In this document: one piece after another, positions 47,451-55,345 of the stretch
How the letters are laid out: the number at the start of each line of letters is the position of its first letter
How positions within the stretch are numbered: position 1 is the first letter of the stretch
Assembly (NCBI GenBank): GCA_964470695.1
Contig: CAYYDR010000001.1
Span: 401,997-465,996, forward strand
From: an uncultured Gammaproteobacteria bacterium
GTDB taxonomy: Bacteria; Patescibacteriota; Patescibacteriia; Patescibacteriales; UBA12465
Reading direction: 5' to 3'
Length of the DNA: 64,000 nucleotides
Program-made: the position numbers and the translations under genes
The notes under the pieces: generated by a model
Databases searched by the model: none
The model's input: the letters and a program-made list of their open reading frames with translations, nothing else
What the model was told of the DNA's origin: nothing

Positions 47451-48935
47451 ATGTCCGCGACTCATCAAGAAAAATTACCGGTTAGTGAGAGAAGCGATCG
47501 TTTAAAAAAATTAAACGAACTAATTGCCGCTGGCTTTAACCCTTATCCGGCTAAAGTGGAGCGTGATTTTCCAGTCGCTTCAGTTTTGACTAATTTTGAG
47601 GAGCTTAACACTAACCAGAAAGTTTTTAATATTGCCGGGCGCTTAAGATCCAAGAGGGAACACGGTAATTTAGCCTTTGCTAATTTAGAAGACGCCTCGG
47701 GCAATATTCAGATTGCTTTTTCTAAGAAAGATCTCGGCCCAGAGAGCTATAAGAATTTTTTGAAATTTATAGATGTCGCCGACTTTATTCAGATTAAGGG
47801 CCAGGCCTTTTTAACTCATAAAGGCGAAAAAAGCGTCATGGCTCAGGAGTGGAAGCTTTTAACCAAAGCTTTGCGCCCTATCCCCGATTCTTGGTATGGC
47901 TTAAAGGATGAGGAAGAGCGTTTGCGCAAGCGTTATTTAGATATTTTACTTAACCCCGAGTTAAGAGATTTATTTTATAAGAAAGCGATGTTCTGGGAGG
48001 TGACGCGCGATTTTATGAAGCGCCAAGGGTTTTTTGAAGTAGAGACCCCGACGATTGAAGTAACAACGGGTGGCGCTGAGGCTAATCCGTTTAGAACCCA
48101 TCATGATGATTTTGATTTAGATGTTTTTATGCGCATTTCCGTTGGAGAATTATGGCAGAAAAGACTAATGGCGGCGGGCTATGAAAAAGTTTTTGAAATC
48201 GGTCGCGTTTATCGTAATGAAGGATCTAGCCCTGATCATTTACAGGAATTTACTAACCTAGAATTTTATTGGGCTTACGCTGATTATGAAATGGGCATGA
48301 AGCTGGCCCAGGAGCTATACCAAGAAATCGCCCAGAAAGTTTTTGGTAAAACTAAGTTTACAACCAAGGGGTTTGAATATGATTTAGCCGGTGAGTGGCC
48401 GCGCCTAGATTACCGCTCAGAAGTTTTAAAACAGACGGGTATAGATATTTTAAAAGCGACAGAGAAAGAAATGAAGGCTAAGCTGGAAGAACTGAAGGTT
48501 AAATATGAAGGCGATAATCGGGAGCGCTTAACCGATACTCTATGGAAATATTGCCGCCGTAATATTGCTGGGCCAGCCTTTTTAATTAATCATCCAAAAC
48601 TAGTTTCTCCTTTAGCTAAGGCCAAGACTGATAATCCAGAGCTGACGGAACGCTTCCAGATTATTATTGCCGGCAGCGAAATTGGTAATGGCTTTTCCGA
48701 ATTAAATGATCCAGTGGATCAGGATAAGCGTTTTAGCGAACAGCAGAAATTAATAGATAGGGGAGATAAGGAGGCGATGATGCCAGATTGGGAGTTTGTG
48801 GAAATGCTAGAGCATGGTATACCGCCGACCTGCGGTTTCGGTTTCGGCGAGCGTTTATTTGCTTTTTTGGTTGATAAACCGGTTAGAGAAATAACTTTAT
48901 TTCCGCTTCTAAAGCCAAAATTAGAAGATAAATAA
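47451..48935 (+). CDS. lysS: Lysine--tRNA ligase, class II
   Basis: OB-fold N-terminus, with 'FEVETPT', 'YRNEG' and 'GFGFGERL' class II motifs. Confidence 0.9.
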   Translation: MSATHQEKLPVSERSDRLKKLNELIAAGFNPYPAKVERDFPVASVLTNFEELNTNQKVFNIAGRLRSKREHGNLAFANLEDASGNIQIAFSKKDLGPESYKNFLKFIDVADFIQIKGQAFLTHKGEKSVMAQEWKLLTKALRPIPDSWYGLKDEEERLRKRYLDILLNPELRDLFYKKAMFWEVTRDFMKRQGFFEVETPTIEVTTGGAEANPFRTHHDDFDLDVFMRISVGELWQKRLMAAGYEKVFEIGRVYRNEGSSPDHLQEFTNLEFYWAYADYEMGMKLAQELYQEIAQKVFGKTKFTTKGFEYDLAGEWPRLDYRSEVLKQTGIDILKATEKEMKAKLEELKVKYEGDNRERLTDTLWKYCRRNIAGPAFLINHPKLVSPLAKAKTDNPELTERFQIIIAGSEIGNGFSELNDPVDQDKRFSEQQKLIDRGDKEAMMPDWEFVEMLEHGIPPTCGFGFGERLFAFLVDKPVREITLFPLLKPKLEDK

Positions 48936-48941
48936 GATTAT

Positions 48942-49376
48942 ATGAGGCTATGGAGCTTATCGCCTAAGTATCTTGATAGGCAGGGGCTGCTAGCTGTTTG
49001 GCGCGAAGGCCTGCTTGCTAAAAAAGTTTTGGAGGGGAAGACTAAGGGTTATAAAAATCATCCGCAGCTAGATCGCTTTAAGGCAAGTGAAGATAAAATA
49101 TCCTATATTAAAGCCTATTTACTGGCGATTGTTTATGAGGCAGAGAGCCGCGGTTATAATTTTCAGGCGGCTAAAGTCGGCCTCTTGAAAAAAAAATTAA
49201 AAACCATTAAAGTAAATAGCGGTCAGGTGGCCTATGAATTTTCTCATCTTTTAAAAAAGCTTAAAATAAGAGATGAAAAGTTATATAAACAGTTAAAGAA
49301 AATTAGTAAACCGCTCTTGCACCCTTTATTCAAGATAGTTAAAGGAGAAATAGAAAAATGGGAAAAGATAAAATAA
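48942..49376 (+). CDS. Pyrimidine-dimer DNA glycosylase (T4 endonuclease V/DenV-like)
   Basis: 'MRLWSLSPKYLDRQGLLAVWREGLLA...GYKNHPQLDRF' is typical of the Pyr_excise family. Confidence 0.75.
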   Translation: MRLWSLSPKYLDRQGLLAVWREGLLAKKVLEGKTKGYKNHPQLDRFKASEDKISYIKAYLLAIVYEAESRGYNFQAAKVGLLKKKLKTIKVNSGQVAYEFSHLLKKLKIRDEKLYKQLKKISKPLLHPLFKIVKGEIEKWEKIK

Positions 49377-49381
49377 TATAT

Positions 49382-49452
49382 TCGGGGATCGTCTAACGGT
49401 AGGACAGCAGGTTCTGGTCCTGCTTATTGGGGTTCGAATCCCTATCCCCGAG
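49382..49452 (+). tRNA. tRNA-Gln(CUG)
   Basis: Cloverleaf TCGGGGA-TC-GTCT..GGAC-A-GCAGG-TTCTGGT-CCTGC-TTAT-TGGGG-TTCGAAT-CCCTA-TCCCCGA-G. It has the U1-A72 pair typical of tRNA-Gln. Confidence 0.9.
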
Positions 49453-49454
49453 CA

Positions 49455-49495
49455 CTAAAATAAAACAACAGCTGTTAGCTGTTGTTTTATTTTAG
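49455..49495. terminator. 18-bp perfect A/T-rich hairpin (bidirectional terminator-like) after tRNA-Gln
   Basis: CTAAAATAAAACAACAGC-tgtta-GCTGTTGTTTTATTTTAG. Confidence 0.65.
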
Positions 49496-49499
49496 CATT

Positions 49500-49670
49500 C
49501 TAGGAGTTGGGGATTCGAACAGGTCAGGAGCGAAACAAGCTTGAGCCGCTATTTTGAGCGGCGAAAGCGCAGTTGAGTGTCGCTAAAGCTCTGGGGGAGC
49601 TTTAGCGCTGACCCAGGACAAGTGAGCGACGCGGAAGCGGAGCGAGCGCGATAATCCCTATCCCCGAGCA
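49500..49670. ncRNA. Unit 1 of an unclassified GC-rich structured element flanked by tRNA-Gln T-arm/3'-end fragments
   Basis: 5' box TAGGAGTTGGGGATTCGAACAGG (49501-49523). Hairpins at 49545-49562 and 49581-49607. The 3' box AATCCCTATCCCCGAGCA (49653-49670) is identical to tRNA positions 49437-49454. Strand is unknown. Confidence 0.5.
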
Positions 49671-49709
49671 AAATAAAAATACTAGCATAAAATGCTAGTA
49701 TTTTTATTT
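49671..49709. terminator. 18-bp perfect A/T-rich hairpin between unit 1 and unit 2
   Basis: AAATAAAAATACTAGCAT-aaa-ATGCTAGTATTTTTATTT. Confidence 0.6.
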
Positions 49710-49713
49710 CATC

Positions 49714-49878
49714 TTAGGAGTTTGGGATTCGAACAGGTTGGAAGCGAGCTAGTCGGCGTTCAGCGGAACGACGACGCAGCGAGCGATCGTTAAGCATCCG
49801 GGGGATGCTTAACGCAACCCGCGACAACGAAGGCGCGAACTGGTGAGCGCCTGAGGCGGAAATTCCTATCCTCGAGCC
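49714..49878. ncRNA. Unit 2 of the same element (a diverged copy)
   Basis: 5' box TTAGGAGTTTGGGATTCGAACAGG (49714-49737). Hairpins at 49753-49774, 49788-49814 and 49831-49852. The 3' box AATTCCTATCCTCGAGCC matches the tRNA end at 15 of 18 positions. Confidence 0.45.
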
Positions 49879-50342
49879 AACGTAGATTAAGCGAGGTTAA
49901 AGCATCACTTTTTCTATAATCATCGTCAAGTTTTGGCGGTTCTAACCCGGCTAATTCGGCGTTAAATTTTCCAACATTATTTCTTATTGGTAAAATTCAG
50001 TTATAATAAGAAATGTTAAGCTTTTTATCAATTATCATTCGGTTCGAACCTAAAAAATATATAGATTCTTTATCCGCAATAGCAAAACGACCTTTGGTAA
50101 AGTTTGGTCAAAGATTTAGTCAAAGGTTTTAGCGGTATTTTGGCTAATATTAATTATTAAGATTTTGTTAAAATATAAACAATAATACTTTCCCGATATT
50201 TAATCGGTTGATATTATATTTAGTATTATTTTTAACTATAATTTTTATTTAAAATTAAATAAAATTATATTATTTTATTACAAAAGTAATTTAAATAAGC
50301 TTATATTTATTATATTTTTATTGTTATCGGTATTTTAATTAT

Positions 50343-50371
50343 TTGACAGCGGTTCCGCTATTTGATAAAAT
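50343..50371 (+). promoter_or_regulatory. Promoter of the mini-HTH operon: TTGACA, 17-nt spacer, TAAAAT
   Basis: TTGACA at 50343-50348 and TAAAAT at 50366-50371, 32 nt before the ATG at 50403. The spacer contains GCGGTTCCGC. Confidence 0.55.
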
Positions 50372-50402
50372 ATCACCATAAATTATTAATTGGATAAAAA
50401 AT

Positions 50403-50630
50403 ATGGCGAAACAATTAATCGAAAACGAAGAAATATTAAAAAGGCTTAATATTCTCATTGCATTAAATCTCCAGTCATTTTCTAAAAAAAAGGAAGAATT
50501 AGACACAAGGGGACAGATCGCTTTTCTTTCTGGCTTAAAATTGAAAACCAATGAGATTGCCGAAATCCTTGGAAAAACAAGCAACTATATTAATAAAGAA
50601 TTATTTTATATACGAAAAGATAATAGATAA
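50403..50630 (+). CDS. Mini HTH protein, paralog 1
   Basis: N-terminal Leu-rich helix (ILKRLNILIALNL) and a C-terminal HTH (TNEIAEILGKTSNYINKEL). Confidence 0.55.
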   Translation: MAKQLIENEEILKRLNILIALNLQSFSKKKEELDTRGQIAFLSGLKLKTNEIAEILGKTSNYINKELFYIRKDNR

Positions 50631-50635
50631 ATTAT

Positions 50636-50839
50636 ATGGAGAAACAAGATATCTTATTTTCGAAGCTTGATTTAATAACGTATTTACTAATGCTAAATTT
50701 AAAAAATACTGGTACTATGGATGATAAAATTTTAAAAAATTTAGTAAGCATGTTAGTAAAAAGCGGCTATCCATGGCGAGATATTAGTAGTTTTTTAAAT
50801 GTTAGCCCAAACACAATTAGCAAGTTAACTAAAAAATAA
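50636..50839 (+). CDS. Mini HTH protein, paralog 2
   Basis: LFSKLDLITYLLMLNL, then WRDISSFLNVSPNTISKL. 5-nt gap to paralog 1. Confidence 0.55.
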   Translation: MEKQDILFSKLDLITYLLMLNLKNTGTMDDKILKNLVSMLVKSGYPWRDISSFLNVSPNTISKLTKK

Positions 50840-50844
50840 ATCAT

Positions 50845-51057
50845 ATGGAAAAAGAAAATTTAGATGGTATTTCAAAAAAGTTGTCGGTTTTAGTTTCACT
50901 CTTGATAAGCAGTAACGATAACTATAAGACTACTAAGGAGAGAATTGAATATTTGAAAAAATTTAGCTTATCAAATGTTGAAATTGCTGAAATACTAAAT
51001 ACTTCAAAAAATACTGTAGAAGTAAATTTAACTAATTTAAAAAAGAAAAATAAATAA
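50845..51057 (+). CDS. Mini HTH protein, paralog 3
   Basis: ISKKLSVLVSLLIS, then NVEIAEILNTSKNTVEVNL. 5-nt gap to paralog 2. Confidence 0.55.
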   Translation: MEKENLDGISKKLSVLVSLLISSNDNYKTTKERIEYLKKFSLSNVEIAEILNTSKNTVEVNLTNLKKKNK

Positions 51058-51058
51058 T

Positions 51059-51232
51059 ATGCCTAGAACAAAAAAAGAAGAACAAATAGATAACCAAGAG
51101 GCGATCAAAAGACTGTTAGTTTTAATGTTAATTAATGCTGGCGTCGGCTTGCAAGCCATAGCCGATGCATTAGGAGTGGGAATCGCTACCATAAGCAGAA
51201 TGGTTCCACAAAAAAATCTTAATAAAAAATAA
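51059..51232 (+). CDS. Mini HTH protein, paralog 4 (57 aa, below the ORF-track cutoff)
   Basis: My translation is MPRTKKEEQIDNQEAIKRLLVLMLINAGVGLQAIADALGVGIATISRMVPQKNLNKK. It has the same helix-plus-HTH layout, and its ATG lies 1 nt after the paralog 3 stop. Confidence 0.5.
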   Translation: MPRTKKEEQIDNQEAIKRLLVLMLINAGVGLQAIADALGVGIATISRMVPQKNLNKK

Positions 51233-51242
51233 TTAAAATAAG

Positions 51243-51929
51243 ATGACCGGATTAAATCCAGAACTTTTAGATTATTTATCTAAGAAGCTCAGGCTATCCA
51301 AAAATTCTGTTAGGCAATATGTTTCCAGGAAGCGTATACAGTATAAAGAAAGCACTTTAAATGCAGCGGCTCATCTTTTTGCTGTTGAGAAGGGTGAAAG
51401 CGCAAGAAGATTTTTGGACAAAGAAGACAAGAAATCATTGCCTAGTTATGAGACCGAAGCGCCCACCAGAATTAAAATAAAGCAATTAAAAAATCATAAA
51501 AAAGGAATAATTAATTTTTTTAAATATGAAACCCCTGATCCATTTATTAAAGGCCATATAGACGAGGTTAATAAGGCATATACTCATGGCTGTTATACAT
51601 GTGTATTTATTTTTTGCAGAAAAATAATAGAAAATTTAATAATAAATATTTTGAAAAATGAATTAAAAGACAGAACGCTTTATTGGGATTCGTCAAAATC
51701 CCGACATTTAGATTTTAGTTTAGTCCTCAAGAACTTATATGATAACAGATCAAAATTTAATCCAACAAAATTGAAGGCTATTGAACGGCTATATCAATTA
51801 GCGCAGCCATTCAAAAATGATTGTAATAATAAAACGCATTCCTTATTTCACTTAGTCGAAAAGAAAAAGGAAATTGATGATATTAATGTTAGTCAAATTA
51901 TCAACCTAATAAAAGTTTTAGAAAAATAG
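51243..51929 (+). CDS. Hypothetical protein with a DUF4145-like (HEPN-clan-like) C-terminal domain
   Basis: 'HGCYTCVFIFCRKIIENLIINIL' and 'LKAIERLYQLAQPFKNDCNNKTHS' resemble the DUF4145 pattern. It is the last gene of the HTH operon. Confidence 0.4.
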   Translation: MTGLNPELLDYLSKKLRLSKNSVRQYVSRKRIQYKESTLNAAAHLFAVEKGESARRFLDKEDKKSLPSYETEAPTRIKIKQLKNHKKGIINFFKYETPDPFIKGHIDEVNKAYTHGCYTCVFIFCRKIIENLIINILKNELKDRTLYWDSSKSRHLDFSLVLKNLYDNRSKFNPTKLKAIERLYQLAQPFKNDCNNKTHSLFHLVEKKKEIDDINVSQIINLIKVLEK

Positions 51930-52017
51930 AAATTTTTTTGACTTTTAGCCCTAAAAATCGTAAAATTAGGCCAGAGAATAAGACTTTATCTTTTCTTCAT
52001 ATTCAATTTGCTATAAT

Positions 52018-52878
52018 ATGACTACCTCAAAAAAGGCCGTAAAAACTAAGAAAAAAAGCAAAAAAATGTTAGATCCATTTTTTAAGAATAAGGACTTTAA
52101 ATTATATCAAGCCAATAGCTTGGAATTTTTAGCCACTCTGCTAGAGAACTCGGTTGATATGATATTTGCCGATCCGCCCTATATGCTCTCTAACGGCGGT
52201 TTCTCAGTCCATGCCGGCCGTATGGTTAGTGTTAATAAGGGCGAATGGGATGTTAGTAATGGTTTAAAGAAAGACTTTGAGTTTCAATTAGCCTGGATTA
52301 AGGCTTGTCATAGAGTTTTAAAGCCGGGAGGTACGATTTGGATTTCCGGTACCTATCACTCTATTTATCAATGTGGCTTTGCTCTTCAAGTAAGCAAATT
52401 TCACATCCTAAACGATATTGCTTGGTTTAAGCCAAATGCTTCGCCAAATCTAAGCTGTCGCTTTTTTACGGCCAGTCATGAAACCTTAATCTGGGCAAGA
52501 AAAGAATTAGTTCATCCTAAAACTGGCAAGCCGATAACTACCAAACATAAATTTAATTACGACTTAATGAAGAATGGCAATTGGCCGGAAGACTTTTTAA
52601 AAAAGCCTAACCTACAAATGCGAAGCGTCTGGTCTATGGGAACGCCGAAACCATCTGAAAAGAAATTTGGTAAACATCCAACCCAAAAACCAATAGATCT
52701 ATTAGTTCGTATCGTTATGGCTAGCACGGAAAAAGGAGATGTAGTTATTGACCCCTTTACCGGCTCCTCAACGACTGGTTTAGCTTGTGCTCTTAACGGA
52801 CGCAAGTTTATTGGTATTGATTTAGAGAAGAAATATCTAGACTTATCGGTTAAGAGATATAAGGATTTAATAAAATAA
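52018..52878 (+). CDS. Beta-class DNA amino-methyltransferase (N6-adenine or N4-cytosine)
   Basis: 'IFADPPYML' (motif IV) precedes 'VIDPFTGSSTTG' (motif I). TGCTATAAT abuts the ATG at 52018, so Met17 (52066, MLDPFFKNK) may be the true start. Confidence 0.85.
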   Translation: MTTSKKAVKTKKKSKKMLDPFFKNKDFKLYQANSLEFLATLLENSVDMIFADPPYMLSNGGFSVHAGRMVSVNKGEWDVSNGLKKDFEFQLAWIKACHRVLKPGGTIWISGTYHSIYQCGFALQVSKFHILNDIAWFKPNASPNLSCRFFTASHETLIWARKELVHPKTGKPITTKHKFNYDLMKNGNWPEDFLKKPNLQMRSVWSMGTPKPSEKKFGKHPTQKPIDLLVRIVMASTEKGDVVIDPFTGSSTTGLACALNGRKFIGIDLEKKYLDLSVKRYKDLIK

Positions 52879-52890
52879 TCTATTAAATTT

Positions 52891-53418
52891 ATGATAAAAG
52901 GCGGCTTTGGCGGAGCTAATACAAAAACCGGTCTTCACTTTGAAGAAGAATCGGATTTTTTGACTTTAATTGGCAAACAAAAAGGCTATAAGGTGGAAGA
53001 AAATGTTATTTTTTATAATAGTAAAAAAGTTGCCTTAACTTTTAAGAAACACGACCTTTATAGATATTTAGAAAAGAATGGAATTGATTATAAAAAATTT
53101 ATTTCTAAAAAGATTTTGCCAGACGATGCAATTTTTGTAATTTTTAACAACACCTTTTTTATAATTGAGATAAAATTTCAGCATATTGCCGGATCGACAG
53201 ATGAGAAATTACAAACCTGCGACTTTAAAATAAAGCAATATCGTAAATTATTATCCCAATTAAATGTCGAAGTCCAGTATATTTATGTTTTAAATAGATG
53301 GTTTGAAAAACCTGAATATAAAGACGTTTTAGATTACATCATTTCTATTAATGGTTGTTCTTATTATTTTGAGTATTTACCATTACAAAAATTAGGGTTA
53401 CCGGTGCCTAAAAAATAA
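52891..53418 (+). CDS. Putative Type II restriction endonuclease (PD-(D/E)xK fold)
   Basis: 'LPDDAIFVIFNNTFFIIEIKFQ' fits PD..(D/E)xK. It lies 12 nt downstream of the methyltransferase gene. Confidence 0.55.
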   Translation: MIKGGFGGANTKTGLHFEEESDFLTLIGKQKGYKVEENVIFYNSKKVALTFKKHDLYRYLEKNGIDYKKFISKKILPDDAIFVIFNNTFFIIEIKFQHIAGSTDEKLQTCDFKIKQYRKLLSQLNVEVQYIYVLNRWFEKPEYKDVLDYIISINGCSYYFEYLPLQKLGLPVPKK

Positions 53419-53423
53419 AATAT

Positions 53424-54512
53424 ATGCAGAAAATTCAAGCTTTAAGGTATAACCAAAAAGATAAAGAAATATATATTTTTTCCGCAGATCCAAACTTTAT
53501 AAAAAAATTAGTAAAAATTTCTGATATTTCAAAGAATGACAAAAATTTTCAGAGGCCATATGACATTAAGAGGATAGAAGAAATAAAAACATATTTGTTG
53601 GGCAAGGATAAATTGTATAAAAAGGGCAAAAATATATACGCCAAGGGCTATATACCAAATTCAATAGTTATTAATTTATCTAATAAATATAAAATCACTG
53701 AAGAGAACAAAAATATTTATATTAATTTCCCTAGCGCAGAAGAGGCAAAAAAGTTTGAGAATTCCATTGAAATTATAGACGGCCAACACAGGTTACTAGC
53801 CTTTGACGATGAATGTAAATCAAAGTTGAAGAATTATAAGATGTGCTTCGTTGCCTTTACTGGTTTAACGGGCGATGAGAAAAAGGAGGTTTTTATGGTT
53901 TTAAACGAAAGGCAAAAAACAGTTGATAAAAATATACTATTAAGGCAGAAAAAACTTTTGAATTTACTCTTGGACGATGAAGAAATTAGGTATGATATCA
54001 TTGTAAAACTAAACAACGATAATGATTCGCCACTTAAATCAAGAATAGTATTGGCCGGCGAAAAAATTAAATACGGCCTAAAGGCTAAACAGATAGACGA
54101 AATATTTGAAAAATCTAAAATAATCAGTACTTTAACTGATTCTAATGGACAACTTTCTGATAAAAAATATAAATTATTGTTAAATTATTTTAATGCATGG
54201 AAAAATGAATATTCAAATATTTGGTTCAGCGGGAACAATACATTGACAAAAATTTCTGGTTTTAGGTTTATTGTTTTTTTATTTTCCGGGATATATACAA
54301 TTCTAAACTCCAAAAGAAATTTTCAAATATCAGAATTTGAAAAAATAGTTAATGAGATAAAAAAAATTTATTTTAATGATAATTTTGATATAAAAAAAGC
54401 TGATAAATTTCAGTATTTTCAAGAGAAGAGCGGGACTATTAGACTGGCCGAAAATATTAGTAAGGAGATGTGTGAAAAATATGAAGATAAGGATGAGGAT
54501 ATTTTGGTTTAA
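53424..54512 (+). CDS. DGQHR-domain protein (DndB-like, ParB-fold superfamily)
   Basis: The literal motif 'IEIIDGQHRLLAF'. 362 aa, with a 5-nt gap to the nuclease gene. Confidence 0.7.
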   Translation: MQKIQALRYNQKDKEIYIFSADPNFIKKLVKISDISKNDKNFQRPYDIKRIEEIKTYLLGKDKLYKKGKNIYAKGYIPNSIVINLSNKYKITEENKNIYINFPSAEEAKKFENSIEIIDGQHRLLAFDDECKSKLKNYKMCFVAFTGLTGDEKKEVFMVLNERQKTVDKNILLRQKKLLNLLLDDEEIRYDIIVKLNNDNDSPLKSRIVLAGEKIKYGLKAKQIDEIFEKSKIISTLTDSNGQLSDKKYKLLLNYFNAWKNEYSNIWFSGNNTLTKISGFRFIVFLFSGIYTILNSKRNFQISEFEKIVNEIKKIYFNDNFDIKKADKFQYFQEKSGTIRLAENISKEMCEKYEDKDEDILV

Positions 54513-54518
54513 ATTAAT

Positions 54519-55289
54519 ATGAATAATGAAATTGCATCAAAGTTGGACGCTAATATTGTTAAATTTCAGGTAAAAATTAGAAAGAATCTTCAACTTTATC
54601 TTTTTTCTAAAGATGCCATTGTAAATTTTACAAAGAGCAGTAAAGAACAATTTAAAGATTATGAATTTAAAGATTTTTTAGGGAAATTTAAAAAATTAAA
54701 TTTTAAAAAAGATTCTGAAATTAAGAAAATAAGCTATTCTAAAATATCGGTATACGGAGAAAATTTAGTAAAGAATGAGTTGTCAGATCTAATATTTATA
54801 TTAAATATATCTGATTTTGAGGCATGGTTATCAGAATTTTTTAATCTATTATTTATTTATAACCACGATTTACTCTTGAAATTTATAGATCCAAGTAAAA
54901 ATCCAGTAGAATTATCTATTATTATTAGATCCGACAACCTGGAAGATGTCTGGAAAAAAATTATTAATCGCCATCTTTCAAATAAATTCTATAAAGGGAT
55001 GTCTAATATACTGAAAGACTTACTAAAAACTCTTAATGTAAAACTTGATAAAGATTTAGAAACGATTGTTGGGCAAATAAATGAACACAGTCTCTCTAGA
55101 AATTTAATTATACATAATAAAAGTAAAGTAAATTCGGAATATATACAAAAATCAGGACAATATAGCAGATTTGATAAAGCGGGTGCAAATATTGAGATAT
55201 CTGAAGACTATTTATTTCAACAGGTTGATAATGTTTTATTTTTTATGCAAGAGATTAGAAAGAAATTATCGAAAATTAAATCTTTATGA
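54519..55289 (+). CDS. Helical protein with an Rx4H HEPN-type motif
   Basis: 'INEHSLSRNLIIHNKSKV' has R-N-x3-H, as in many HEPN RNases. The call rests on a single motif only. 6-nt gap to the DGQHR gene. Confidence 0.4.
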   Translation: MNNEIASKLDANIVKFQVKIRKNLQLYLFSKDAIVNFTKSSKEQFKDYEFKDFLGKFKKLNFKKDSEIKKISYSKISVYGENLVKNELSDLIFILNISDFEAWLSEFFNLLFIYNHDLLLKFIDPSKNPVELSIIIRSDNLEDVWKKIINRHLSNKFYKGMSNILKDLLKTLNVKLDKDLETIVGQINEHSLSRNLIIHNKSKVNSEYIQKSGQYSRFDKAGANIEISEDYLFQQVDNVLFFMQEIRKKLSKIKSL

Positions 55290-55345
55290 ATTGGCTTATT
55301 TATTCATTTAATTGTCTAATGAATAATTTAGCACTTCCTCCACGA

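Noticed and set aside
50339-50584. An 81-aa minus-strand ORF overlapping the island promoter and the first mini-HTH gene.
   Set aside because: It overlaps a plus-strand gene that has a good promoter and belongs to a four-member paralog series. Its translation is a low-complexity product of AT-rich sequence.
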